Of a stretch of DNA of 64,000 nt, positions 35,367 to 44,320 are shown piece by piece; the stretch's first letter is position 1, and each line of letters opens with the position of its first letter. The stretch spans positions 1 through 64,000 of IMG/VR virus record IMGVR_UViG_3300037419_001472, one strand, 5' to 3'. The DNA comes from a virus. The notes under the pieces were generated by a model. The model ran no database searches. It worked only from the letters and a program-made list of their open reading frames with translations, and had not been told where the DNA came from. A program made the position numbers and the translations under genes.

Positions 35367-36935
35367 ATGCCCGCGACCACACGCATTGCGCTGACGGATA
35401 CCGCGCTGGACTCGAGTTCCACCGGCCAGGTGGTCGTGTCCGCCGGGCCTGGCCAGGTGCCGACCACGCCAAGCACGCTGCGGTTCGACGCCTCAACGCA
35501 GACCCTCTCGGTCGGCGCGGTGGCGGCCGTGCCGAAACTCAACACGGGGACTCAGACCGGGACGCTCGCCAACCCCAACCCGCAGACGCTGCTCAAGCAC
35601 CAGCCGATCGATCCCGCGCGGGGACGATGGGATTTGCTTTCCTATGGCGGATTTTTTTCCAACGGATCTTCGCTGATCTGGGATCCAGGTCTGTTTATTG
35701 GATATAATCCAAACCGTGATTTTGCGGACCCTGGTCTTAACAGTGAGCCGTCTTTTGCCTACGGCCTCGAGACCTATTATTACGAAGCTTCGTCAGGAAA
35801 AACGACCGCCGAAGCCTACGTCGAGTTCCTCTCGCCGTTCAACGATGGCGTCAACCGCTTCCAGCGCAGGCCCTGGAGCTTCACCCTCGACCGGGCATCG
35901 GGAGCGACACGGTTCGGTATCGAACTCGGCCCCGTAGTGGCTGGATTCGACTCTTCGTTCGCGATCGCCGCAGGCCCAGCAACTGGCGGGTCATTCTCGA
36001 TCGTGAATGTCGTCGCCGGAGCAACCGCAGCGGCCTCGGTGATCCAGTTGCTCTCCCCGACCGTCTCAATCGGATCGCACACGGTCAGCGACGTGGACGC
36101 TGGCTCGTCCGGGACAATCATCTTTGGAAATGACAACCAGCCGACCCGCTCGCTCTTCGGTAACGCTACGACTTTGGAAGTCGGTAGTATGTTCTCCGCG
36201 ATGCGATACAGGAGTCCTGCCGGAGTTGCGATTCAGTCAGACGCACTTGATGAAATTGATGTTTTCACATTCAACGCAAACGTCCTCCATACAAGCCACA
36301 AGATTTTTCAGGTTCAGAACGCCGGAAACACGGTCTTTTCTGTTGATGGGACCAGTCTCACGGCGACGAACCTGGCCAGCAGTGGTACGCTGACCGTCGC
36401 GGCCGATTCGACATTCTCGGGCCTGGTCAACGCGGCGAACTCAGGTGCGGACGGGACCTATAACGAAGTCTTCCGCGCTCAGATCGCGGGCAACCTCGGA
36501 ACCGGCAACTGGCGGAATTCAATCGAGTCGTCATGCTCCTCGGTTCCGGCCGGCTCGGGCATGCGGATCAAGATTGCGACCAGCCAGACCACGCAAGCGG
36601 TCGTCGCCACCCTCAAGGGTGATCTCTCGACGACGCTGGCCGGCTCGCTCTCAGTAGGCGGTGGGGCGAGCCTGAGCAAGATCCTCCCGGCCTCGGCGAT
36701 CCTCGATTTCCCCTCGATCGCGGCGGGCGGCCAGCAGGAGCTCACCATCTCCGTCACCGGCGCGGCCGCCGGTGCGATGGTATCGCTCGGCCCCCCTTCC
36801 GGCCTGGAGGCGGGTGTGATCGTGGCGGCCCGCGTTTCCGCCTCGGGCGTCGTGACGGTGTGCGCCGCCAACATCACCGGATCGCCGATCGACCCCGCCT
36901 CGGCCACCTACAAGGTCGTGGTCTTCAACCCGTGA
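35367..36935 (+). CDS. fibre-like structural protein with C-terminal Ig-like domain
   Basis: Thr/Ser/Gly/Ala-rich beta-type sequence. The C-terminus LDFPSIAAGGQQELTISVTGAAAG...VTVCAANITGSPIDPASATYKVVVFNP looks Ig-like. Alternative ATG at 35349. Confidence 0.55.
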   Translation: MPATTRIALTDTALDSSSTGQVVVSAGPGQVPTTPSTLRFDASTQTLSVGAVAAVPKLNTGTQTGTLANPNPQTLLKHQPIDPARGRWDLLSYGGFFSNGSSLIWDPGLFIGYNPNRDFADPGLNSEPSFAYGLETYYYEASSGKTTAEAYVEFLSPFNDGVNRFQRRPWSFTLDRASGATRFGIELGPVVAGFDSSFAIAAGPATGGSFSIVNVVAGATAAASVIQLLSPTVSIGSHTVSDVDAGSSGTIIFGNDNQPTRSLFGNATTLEVGSMFSAMRYRSPAGVAIQSDALDEIDVFTFNANVLHTSHKIFQVQNAGNTVFSVDGTSLTATNLASSGTLTVAADSTFSGLVNAANSGADGTYNEVFRAQIAGNLGTGNWRNSIESSCSSVPAGSGMRIKIATSQTTQAVVATLKGDLSTTLAGSLSVGGGASLSKILPASAILDFPSIAAGGQQELTISVTGAAAGAMVSLGPPSGLEAGVIVAARVSASGVVTVCAANITGSPIDPASATYKVVVFNP

Positions 36936-36937
36936 GG
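36921..36937 (+). repeat. 17-nt direct repeat GTCTTCAACCCGTGAGG (copy 1)
   Basis: Identical to 37210-37226. Each copy spans a VFNP-stop gene end. Confidence 0.9.
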
Positions 36938-36942
36938 TTTTC

Positions 36943-37224
36943 ATGAGCGAATTCGCATTTTGTCTCGGAATCCTCGTTGGTCTTTGCCTCGGATTGGCCC
37001 ACAAGGTTAGACGATCCATCGCGTCCCGTCTCTGGCCGCGGAGCACATTGCAAGGCCGCTGGGCGCACACGCTGGACTCGTCTTACGCTACGCCAGCTTT
37101 CACGTACACCACCGACGAACACTATATCGAGTCGGGTGATGGAGGCTTCAGTTCGTTCCCCTACGTCGAGATGCTCGCGCCGCCGCTCGACCGGCGTGTT
37201 GCTGGTGACGTCTTCAACCCGTGA
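36943..37224 (+). CDS. small membrane-anchored hypothetical protein in an AT-richer cassette
   Basis: 93 aa with hydrophobic N-terminus FAFCLGILVGLCLGLA. Ends in VFNP like the preceding gene. Confidence 0.4.
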   Translation: MSEFAFCLGILVGLCLGLAHKVRRSIASRLWPRSTLQGRWAHTLDSSYATPAFTYTTDEHYIESGDGGFSSFPYVEMLAPPLDRRVAGDVFNP

Positions 37225-37226
37225 GG
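37210..37226 (+). repeat. 17-nt direct repeat GTCTTCAACCCGTGAGG (copy 2)
   Basis: Identical to 36921-36937. Confidence 0.9.
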
Positions 37227-37231
37227 CGGAC

Positions 37232-37804
37232 ATGCCCGAAGTCAAAGTAATCAATCTTGCCCACGTCACCGTGGACGGCGTGGTTGCCGGCAGCGTGGTG
37301 GACGTGCTCGACAACTATCGCCCGATCGAGGGCATCAAGGATCTCCTGTTCGCGGCGATCCGACGATGGTCCGACGATCGCGAGCAGGCCCACGAGGCGG
37401 CCGTTGCTTCGCTCCACGAGTGTCATTGCAAGGAGTGCGACACCCTGAAGACCGCGCACGCGACGGCCTTGCAGAACGCCCACGGCAAGCATGGGGCGGC
37501 GCTCGACGAAGCGGCGCAGACCCACGCCTCGAACCTCCAGGCGGCGACTGACAACCATGCGAAAGCGATGGCCTCACTGAAGGAGCAACTCCAGGCCGAC
37601 CACCGCTCTGATGCGGACGGGCTGCGTTCGCAAATCGCCGAACTCCGCAAGGTGATCGACGATCAGAAGACCCTGATCGACACGCTCGGTGGCACCAAAC
37701 TTGGGCAGCAACTGGCCCGCGAGCAACGCCGCAAGCATCTGGCCGACCAGATCGCCGGGCTCCAGGCGGAACACGACGCGATGGCCGAACCGGGAGGAGC
37801 CTAA
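37232..37804 (+). CDS. coiled-coil structural/assembly protein
   Basis: 190 aa with a long Ala/Gln/His-rich helical region. Confidence 0.5.
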   Translation: MPEVKVINLAHVTVDGVVAGSVVDVLDNYRPIEGIKDLLFAAIRRWSDDREQAHEAAVASLHECHCKECDTLKTAHATALQNAHGKHGAALDEAAQTHASNLQAATDNHAKAMASLKEQLQADHRSDADGLRSQIAELRKVIDDQKTLIDTLGGTKLGQQLAREQRRKHLADQIAGLQAEHDAMAEPGGA

Positions 37805-37807
37805 TCG

Positions 37808-38320
37808 ATGACCGACACCACCCTCGTCCTCGCGTACCCCACGGGCTCGACCATCGACACCCAGATTGAGGCCCCGGACAACACGGTCTGGAACGGCACG
37901 GCTTATATTCCCCTCTCTGTGGCCTCGTGGGTGAGCTACGCGACCGAGACCCCCGAGACGCCGGCCTCGAGCGGGATCTACGTGTGCCAGTTCCCCATTG
38001 GCTCGCCGCCCGGGAACTACAAGTGGCGGATGTACCTCCGCGCGGGGGCGTCGCCGGCCTCAACCGACGTCTGCGTGGGGATGGGAACCGGCTACTGGAA
38101 CGGGACGACGTTCGGCGCCGCGGCGCTCGATCACACGCAGCCGGTCCCGTCCAGCAACACGGCCGGGACGGTTGGCGATTCGCTCAATGCGGCTCGCGCC
38201 CAGGGATTCGGCAAGTGGGAGATCCAGGGGCTGCAACTCATCCTCTACGGCCCGGACAACGTGACGCCGGTCAAGACCTTCCAGTTGGATTCCCCATCCT
38301 TCCCCACCGTGAGGGCCTGA
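37808..38320 (+). CDS. virion protein, hypothetical
   Basis: 170 aa, beta-rich composition, in the structural block. Confidence 0.5.
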   Translation: MTDTTLVLAYPTGSTIDTQIEAPDNTVWNGTAYIPLSVASWVSYATETPETPASSGIYVCQFPIGSPPGNYKWRMYLRAGASPASTDVCVGMGTGYWNGTTFGAAALDHTQPVPSSNTAGTVGDSLNAARAQGFGKWEIQGLQLILYGPDNVTPVKTFQLDSPSFPTVRA

Positions 38321-38324
38321 TCTG

Positions 38325-38774
38325 ATGGGCATCATCCTTCAGGGGCTCGACCCGAACACGAAGGTGCTGTCCCAGGGGTACTCGGCCGACCCGAACGCCA
38401 ACACTGATCCTGAATTCAATGATGGTCTCAATGCGATCGTGGCCATCGAGATCGACACGAATGCCTCGGGAGTGCAGACGGACGAGGATGGGGACAAGAT
38501 CGAAAACTGGCAACCCATGCTCGGGCTGGGTCTGCTCCCATGCCGCGTCGTCATCAAGCGTCCCAAGGATCCGACCATGGGCGACCGCCGGGGCGGAACT
38601 CTATCCTGGCGGGTCCTGTTCGGGCAGTCAGTCGTCCTCGATCAGCGTCATCGGCTGAAGCTCATCGACCCGGACAATGGGGCCGGTCGCTATGGCTACA
38701 TCATCGGCCGGTGCCGGAATGCGCATCAGATGTCGCATCACTGGGTCGCTGATGCGATCGAATACGTGATGTGA
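38325..38774 (+). CDS. head-tail joining candidate
   Basis: Called on position and size. Confidence 0.4.
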   Translation: MGIILQGLDPNTKVLSQGYSADPNANTDPEFNDGLNAIVAIEIDTNASGVQTDEDGDKIENWQPMLGLGLLPCRVVIKRPKDPTMGDRRGGTLSWRVLFGQSVVLDQRHRLKLIDPDNGAGRYGYIIGRCRNAHQMSHHWVADAIEYVM

Positions 38775-38799
38775 CGCACCCATCAACAGGGAGGCCTAC

Positions 38800-39012
38800 A
38801 TGATTCTCGGCATCGTGCTCTGGGTCCTGGCCATCATGTTCTCGGTCCACGAGGCCAGGGTGATCCGCTGGCCCAGGTGGGTCAAGTATCCAGGGTTGCT
38901 AGGCTTCCTGATCGGGTGCTTCGGGCACCTGCTCGGCGCCTTCATCCTGTTCCTCGTCCGTGAGATTCAGACCGGGGCCATCATGGTCCCGCCGCCCCAG
39001 TCGCAAGCGTGA
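38800..39012 (+). CDS. small two-TM membrane protein
   Basis: ILGIVLWVLAIMF...LLGFLIGCFGHLLGAFILFLV. Confidence 0.45.
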   Translation: MILGIVLWVLAIMFSVHEARVIRWPRWVKYPGLLGFLIGCFGHLLGAFILFLVREIQTGAIMVPPPQSQA

Positions 39013-39018
39013 GGTTCC

Positions 39019-39438
39019 ATGATGGCCGCCAGCCTGCTCGGGGCGCTCAAGGACCTGTTCAACGGGTCGACGAATCTGGTCGCGGCCGCTCCGGGGGGCT
39101 GGCATGTCAACGAGGGGGCGGCGGTTGCGGCATTCCCCTACGTGACCGCGGTTCAGCATGACGGCACGCTGAGCCTCCAGACCTCCAGCTCGAACATCGA
39201 CGATGCCAAGATCCGGGTGCGGGTCTGGGCAGGCAAGCTCGAGTTGGCCCGGCCGGTCGCGGACCTGATCGAGACTGCATTCCTGACCGGCACCGGTCTG
39301 GACTGGACCGGCGGCTGGTCAACGGCCCTGAAGCGGGTCAACCGCACCGAGAACAAAAGCGCGGGCCGCGCGCCGGACGGGACGTTGCTCCGGTCGGTGG
39401 ATCTCGTCTTCCTGGCCCAGTGCCACCGGAGCGCGTAA
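39019..39438 (+). CDS. tail completion/terminator-like protein (DUF3168-like)
   Basis: Size, position and loose pattern (...FPYVT...RVRVWA...). Confidence 0.4.
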   Translation: MMAASLLGALKDLFNGSTNLVAAAPGGWHVNEGAAVAAFPYVTAVQHDGTLSLQTSSSNIDDAKIRVRVWAGKLELARPVADLIETAFLTGTGLDWTGGWSTALKRVNRTENKSAGRAPDGTLLRSVDLVFLAQCHRSA

Positions 39439-39441
39439 CCG

Positions 39442-41640
39442 ATGCCGGACAAGATTTATCAACTGATCTACAGGGGTGACAACTCGGACCTGCTGAGCAA
39501 GAATCAGCAACTCGTCCAGTCGCTCCAGTTACTCGATCAGCTTTGCACCCAGGTCCAGGGTAAGCTGAAGACCTACGCCAGTGGGTCCTCGCGATCAGCG
39601 CAGCAGGCGGCCAAGTCAGCCCTGCAACTGGCACAGGCACTTTCCAAGGTTGAGATTGCCGCCACCAATGCCCGGAGCAAGCTGAATGGCTATGCCACCG
39701 GCGGCGCCCAGGCGGTTGGCCCCTCGGCCCGCGCTGCAGCAATTCTCGAGGCTCAGCTCAAGTCACTGGCACGCCAGGCCAATGCCGTCCGCTCGGCTAT
39801 CGCCCGCGCCGGCGCGGCCAGCCAGACCACGGCCGGCCAGATCGGCAACCTGTCGGCCCAGGCCGCGGCCGCCAACGGCGGCCTCGCCGGCGTCGCCGCG
39901 TCGGCCAAGCAGATCAACCAGAGCGTCAAGGGGCTGAAGGGATCGGTCGACTCGATCGCCGGATCGCTGGCCGCGTTCACGCTGATCCGCCAGGCCTTCC
40001 ACGCGATCATGGAAGCCTCGAAGGAGATCGAGGACCGCTGGCACAAGCTCGCGGGCGAGTCGGCCGAGTTCCGCGACCGGCTCCGCGAGCTGTCGAACAT
40101 CAAGGGGGAATCCGGCCCTACCGACAAGACCTACGCCGAGGTTTTGCAGCTCGCTCTGGAGATGGGCACGACCCCGGAAAAGGCCGAGGAGTTCGCCCGC
40201 AGCTACGAGAACATCGGCCCGACGATCCGGGCCAAGGGGCATTACCAGCCGGCCCAGGGCTCGGCCGAGCAGCTCGAGCGGAGCGTGCAGGTCGAGGCCG
40301 GGATCACGGCCCGGCGGTTCGGGCTGGACGAGGGGGCGGCCGGCGAGGCGATCGGCACAGCCGGCCTGTTCCACACGTTCACGACGACCGAAGACGCCAT
40401 GAACCAGTATGGCATGGCGCTGTCCGGGCTGAGCCAGGGCAAGCTCGATTACAACCGCGGCGTCCGCGCGCTGAACAAGGCCGCTGCGAAACTGGTCGAC
40501 CCCAACGACAACGCCGAGTTCGCGCAGGAGATGGGCCTGGAAGGGCTCGCCCCGTCAGCGCCCGGCCGCGTGCGGTCCTTCGGCGAGGCGGGCATCTATC
40601 TGGGGGCGCTGTCGCTGGGCACAGGCACGGCAGACCAGGCCCACCAGCGGATGATCCAGATCAGCCGCACGCTGAACACGACCGACGAGGACCAGCAGAA
40701 AGTCCTCCAGGCGGCTGGCATCTCCCGCGAGATGGACGACCCGGCCAAACTCTCACAGCTCGGGAAGTACCTCAAGCAACAGGGCGAACGCGACCCGCTC
40801 TCGTGGCTGGCCCGGAACAAGATCGGCTCCCAGGCGACCCGCGAGGCGGTCGTCGCCGGGCTGAAGGTCACGGATGTGCTGGACCAGCGGCTGGCGGCAG
40901 CGCGGGGCGGCGGCGCGAACGCCTTCGGCAAGCAGATCATGGCCGAGAACGCCGCGTTCCGCGCGAGCGACCGGGGGTTCCTCAATGCCGAGGTCGAGGC
41001 AGCCCGGACGGTCGGGGACAAGACCGAGGGCCGGCGGGTCGAGCTGTTCGAGGCCGCGAACAAGTTGGCCGAGGAGCGGATGCGGCTCGGTGACCAGGAC
41101 TACAACACGGCCGGCCGCTCCATCGTGCTGGGGGCATTCTCGCCCGTCACCTATGCCCTGAGCGGCGTGAGCGGGTTCCAGGATGCCCGGGAGCGGCACG
41201 AGCAATTCGGCTCGATCCCGACCCTGCGCCGCGAGGCGAAGCGGCTCGGGATCGACATCGATGCGCAATTCCCCGGGCTGAACTCGGGGGCCTACGAGGC
41301 GCGGGCCCAGGCGTTCGAGGGGGCATACAAGGCCGTCATGGCGAAGGACCCGACCGCCGACCCCCTGGGCCGCGGCGAGGTCCGGGCCAAGGCTCAGCGT
41401 CGCGTCCAGGCCATCGCCGCAGCCGGCAACCCGGGCGGCGTGGATGTGGCCAACGGGATCGTGGCGCCGGGCGCGGCCGGGGGCGCCGGCGACCCTGCCC
41501 TGAAGCAGATCCAGGCCGAGCAGCTCAGGGTCCTCAAGCAGATCAATGACAAGGTCGGCGGCGGCGCACCCGCGCCGGCCCCACTTGCCCCGCTCGGCCC
41601 TGCCCCGGTCCCCGGCGGCCCGCGGCGGATCGGCGGCTAA
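39442..41640 (+). CDS. large alpha-helical virion protein (tape-measure-like or internal protein)
   Basis: 732 aa, Ala/Gln/Leu-rich helical repeats, Gly/Pro-rich tail. Confidence 0.45.
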   Translation: MPDKIYQLIYRGDNSDLLSKNQQLVQSLQLLDQLCTQVQGKLKTYASGSSRSAQQAAKSALQLAQALSKVEIAATNARSKLNGYATGGAQAVGPSARAAAILEAQLKSLARQANAVRSAIARAGAASQTTAGQIGNLSAQAAAANGGLAGVAASAKQINQSVKGLKGSVDSIAGSLAAFTLIRQAFHAIMEASKEIEDRWHKLAGESAEFRDRLRELSNIKGESGPTDKTYAEVLQLALEMGTTPEKAEEFARSYENIGPTIRAKGHYQPAQGSAEQLERSVQVEAGITARRFGLDEGAAGEAIGTAGLFHTFTTTEDAMNQYGMALSGLSQGKLDYNRGVRALNKAAAKLVDPNDNAEFAQEMGLEGLAPSAPGRVRSFGEAGIYLGALSLGTGTADQAHQRMIQISRTLNTTDEDQQKVLQAAGISREMDDPAKLSQLGKYLKQQGERDPLSWLARNKIGSQATREAVVAGLKVTDVLDQRLAAARGGGANAFGKQIMAENAAFRASDRGFLNAEVEAARTVGDKTEGRRVELFEAANKLAEERMRLGDQDYNTAGRSIVLGAFSPVTYALSGVSGFQDARERHEQFGSIPTLRREAKRLGIDIDAQFPGLNSGAYEARAQAFEGAYKAVMAKDPTADPLGRGEVRAKAQRRVQAIAAAGNPGGVDVANGIVAPGAAGGAGDPALKQIQAEQLRVLKQINDKVGGGAPAPAPLAPLGPAPVPGGPRRIGG

Positions 41641-41656
41641 CCCAGGGACATGAATC

Positions 41657-42262
41657 ATGACCGCACCCGAAGCCCTCGCGGCGGGCTGCTCGCCCGAGTC
41701 GCGCCGCCGCGTCACCAACCCCCAGGGCGTCCCCGCCGTGCTCGCGGACGGCCGAACCTGGGTCCTCGCTCATGGCGGGCTCAAGCCGGCGCTGCTGGCC
41801 CTGGCCGACGAGATCTACGATGACGTGACGATCTCGCAGACGTTCCGCGTCGGCGCCGTCATTCAGGCCGCCTGGGTGCTGCTGCTGGCCAATTACGACC
41901 TCCGTGATGAGGAGCTGAGAACGCTGCTGGCCGGCGCGGAGACCTCGACGCTGTCGGCGGCCGTGCTCGAGTCGCTCTTCGGCCCCGAGCGGCCCCGCCG
42001 CACCTACACGTCGTGGGCACTGTCGGCGCTATATGCCAACGGCATCGAGCCGTCGAGCGTCCCGCCCCACCTATTCCCAGAGGTCCTGCACCAGCTCGTC
42101 AGGACGGGCCGGGCGGTTCCCCAGGGCGATTACATCGACTCGGCCTCGGCGATGGCCCAGCGGGCGGCTCTGCTCTCCATGCTACCGCCGCCGAAGCCCG
42201 CGCCGAAGCCGGCCCAGGAGAAGACTGATGCCGTCACGCCAGATGGCCCGGATCCTCGCTGA
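41657..42262 (+). CDS. hypothetical structural-module protein
   Basis: 201 aa clean ORF. Confidence 0.45.
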   Translation: MTAPEALAAGCSPESRRRVTNPQGVPAVLADGRTWVLAHGGLKPALLALADEIYDDVTISQTFRVGAVIQAAWVLLLANYDLRDEELRTLLAGAETSTLSAAVLESLFGPERPRRTYTSWALSALYANGIEPSSVPPHLFPEVLHQLVRTGRAVPQGDYIDSASAMAQRAALLSMLPPPKPAPKPAQEKTDAVTPDGPDPR

Positions 42263-42686
42263 CATCGAGCAGGCCGAGCACGTTTTTGACTTTGACCGGG
42301 ACGGTCTGGGTGATCAGGCGGCCGAGACCACAGCAGCCGCGATCTTCGAGTACATGGATGCCGAGGTTGGTCCCGACAACAACCCGTGGCTTGAACTCTC
42401 GGATCGATACAAGAAGTGGAAAGACACGCACTTCCCCGGTCGCAAGATCGGGGAATTGCATTTGCACATGAAGGATCCGCAGCAACTCCGGGGCACCCTG
42501 CAAATCTCGTCCAACGAGATGATCCAGCAATACGGGGTGGACGAGGAAGCGAGGTTGCTCGCCGAGTGGTTCCAGGAAGGCCATTCCGGGCAGAACCGGC
42601 CGCCCCGCCCGTTCTACGACTTCAACGATCTCGCGCTCGCCGCGCTGGGCGAGTTGTTCGATCACGCGTTCGCGACGATCCGCTAA
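42228..42686 (+). CDS. virion morphogenesis-like protein (Mu G-like?)
   Basis: ...NRPPRPFYDF... and size. Start ambiguous (42228 or 42243). Confidence 0.35.
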   Translation: MPSRQMARILADIEQAEHVFDFDRDGLGDQAAETTAAAIFEYMDAEVGPDNNPWLELSDRYKKWKDTHFPGRKIGELHLHMKDPQQLRGTLQISSNEMIQQYGVDEEARLLAEWFQEGHSGQNRPPRPFYDFNDLALAALGELFDHAFATIR

Positions 42687-42701
42687 CCACCATCGAGGGA
42701 G

Positions 42702-43151
42702 ATGGCTTCAATGGCTGCAACGAATCTCTTTATGTCCTACGTCTCGACGACCTGGACGCCGCTTCCATCGGGGACCGCGATCGCGCTCAACGAGGTCACC
42801 GACATCGACTGGGACCTGGGGGGCGAGCCCGAGGCCTGGTATGCCAACGGCTCGCGGTTCCCGCGGCTGGTGCTCGTGCCGAAGTACAGCCGCAACGTCA
42901 CCGTCTCGGGCGGCGATGTGAACAAGCTGCTGACGGTGCCGCTCGACACGGACGGGACGTTCACGACCACGCTCCGCGACGCCAAGAACGGCATCGGGAC
43001 CGGCGCGCTAACCTTCACGTTGACCCCGTGCAAGGTCGTCCAGCAGCCGAACCAGGGGTCAACGGGCAAGTTCGCCACGGGCAAGATCAGCCTGATGGCG
43101 TACGCATCCGACGGCCAGACTGACCCTCTGACCTTCGCCGTGGCTGTCTGA
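42702..43151 (+). CDS. tail tube-like protein
   Basis: 149 aa, beta-rich with Thr/Gly. Called on position. Confidence 0.4.
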   Translation: MASMAATNLFMSYVSTTWTPLPSGTAIALNEVTDIDWDLGGEPEAWYANGSRFPRLVLVPKYSRNVTVSGGDVNKLLTVPLDTDGTFTTTLRDAKNGIGTGALTFTLTPCKVVQQPNQGSTGKFATGKISLMAYASDGQTDPLTFAVAV

Positions 43152-43219
43152 CCGCCGCCCATCCCTCCCCCCCGGCCATCCCCGCCACGCGAAGCCGAGC
43201 CGCCCCGGAGACCACGCCG

Positions 43220-43603
43220 ATGGCCGTGACCGATGCCTCATTCGACGGCATCTCGCTGGGGCCGGTCTGCATCATGGAGACCGAGCCCAACGAGATCGCC
43301 CGCCAGATCAACGCCTACCCGGGGATCAACGGCCTGGAGGTCCTCACCCTCGGGTCCCGGGGCGGCCGCACGGCCGCCCGCGGGCTGCTTGTTGCCCCGT
43401 CCGAGCCGGCGCTGGCCGCGCTCTTCCAGGTTTTCCGCAATTACGCCCTCGACGGCGGGGCCTACGTCCTGGTCGACCCGGACGGGACCGTCTGGGTCGA
43501 CGTGATCCTGGAGCGGTTCAAGCCGGATGGCGAGACCCGTCCCGGCCCGGGGACCTACTTCAGCCGGCCCTACGTCGCATCCTTCCTTCACATCGACGCC
43601 TGA
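43220..43603 (+). CDS. hypothetical tail-module protein
   Basis: 127 aa clean ORF. Confidence 0.45.
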   Translation: MAVTDASFDGISLGPVCIMETEPNEIARQINAYPGINGLEVLTLGSRGGRTAARGLLVAPSEPALAALFQVFRNYALDGGAYVLVDPDGTVWVDVILERFKPDGETRPGPGTYFSRPYVASFLHIDA

Positions 43604-43619
43604 TCGGAGCCATCCCGCG

Positions 43620-44300
43620 ATGAGTGTCAAGGATCAATTCACATACAAATGGGTCCGCGACAACGGCCAGCTCAGCGTCACGCGGACGATCGTCGGCGAC
43701 GCCGGCGGCGCGCTGGACTTCGCCGTCGCCAACGGCGCGCAGCGCTCGCCCGCCTCGCTCTCGCTGGTCGTCGCCAAGCTGAACTCACTTATCATCCTCT
43801 GCGACCAGGCTGTGACGCTCTACGCCGGCGGCACGAACGCCGCCCAGACGCTCTCGATGACGGGGCCGCCGACTGCCGGCACGTTCACCATCACGCTCGG
43901 GGCCGCGACCTCAGCCGCCATCGCCTACAACGCGACGGCCGCGGCGGTCCAGGCCGCGCTCGAGGCGATGAGCACGATCGGCACGGGGGGCGTGGCCTGC
44001 ACGGGCGGGCCGCTGCCCGGGACCCCGGTCGTCGCGACCTTCCAGGGGGCCAACGCCGTCCAGCCGATCGCGACCATGACGACGACGGACACGCTGACCG
44101 GCGGCTCGTCCTCGTTCGCCAGCACGACCACCGGCGTCGCGCCGGACAAGACGATCTCGATCCTGGCGAATGACCCGCTCGTCTGGGACAGCCAGGGCTA
44201 TTTCGCTTGCCCGTTCACGGTCGACGTCTCGACGATCCGCGTGACGAACGCGAGCGGGTCGAGCTGCACCTTGCAGGTCCGCTCCAACAGCAACGCCTGA
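43620..44300 (+). CDS. hypothetical tail-module protein (Thr/Ala/Gly-rich)
   Basis: 226 aa. ATG at 43620. Confidence 0.45.
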   Translation: MSVKDQFTYKWVRDNGQLSVTRTIVGDAGGALDFAVANGAQRSPASLSLVVAKLNSLIILCDQAVTLYAGGTNAAQTLSMTGPPTAGTFTITLGAATSAAIAYNATAAAVQAALEAMSTIGTGGVACTGGPLPGTPVVATFQGANAVQPIATMTTTDTLTGGSSSFASTTTGVAPDKTISILANDPLVWDSQGYFACPFTVDVSTIRVTNASGSSCTLQVRSNSNA

Positions 44301-44320
44301 TCCGATCCGGGGCCGCAATC

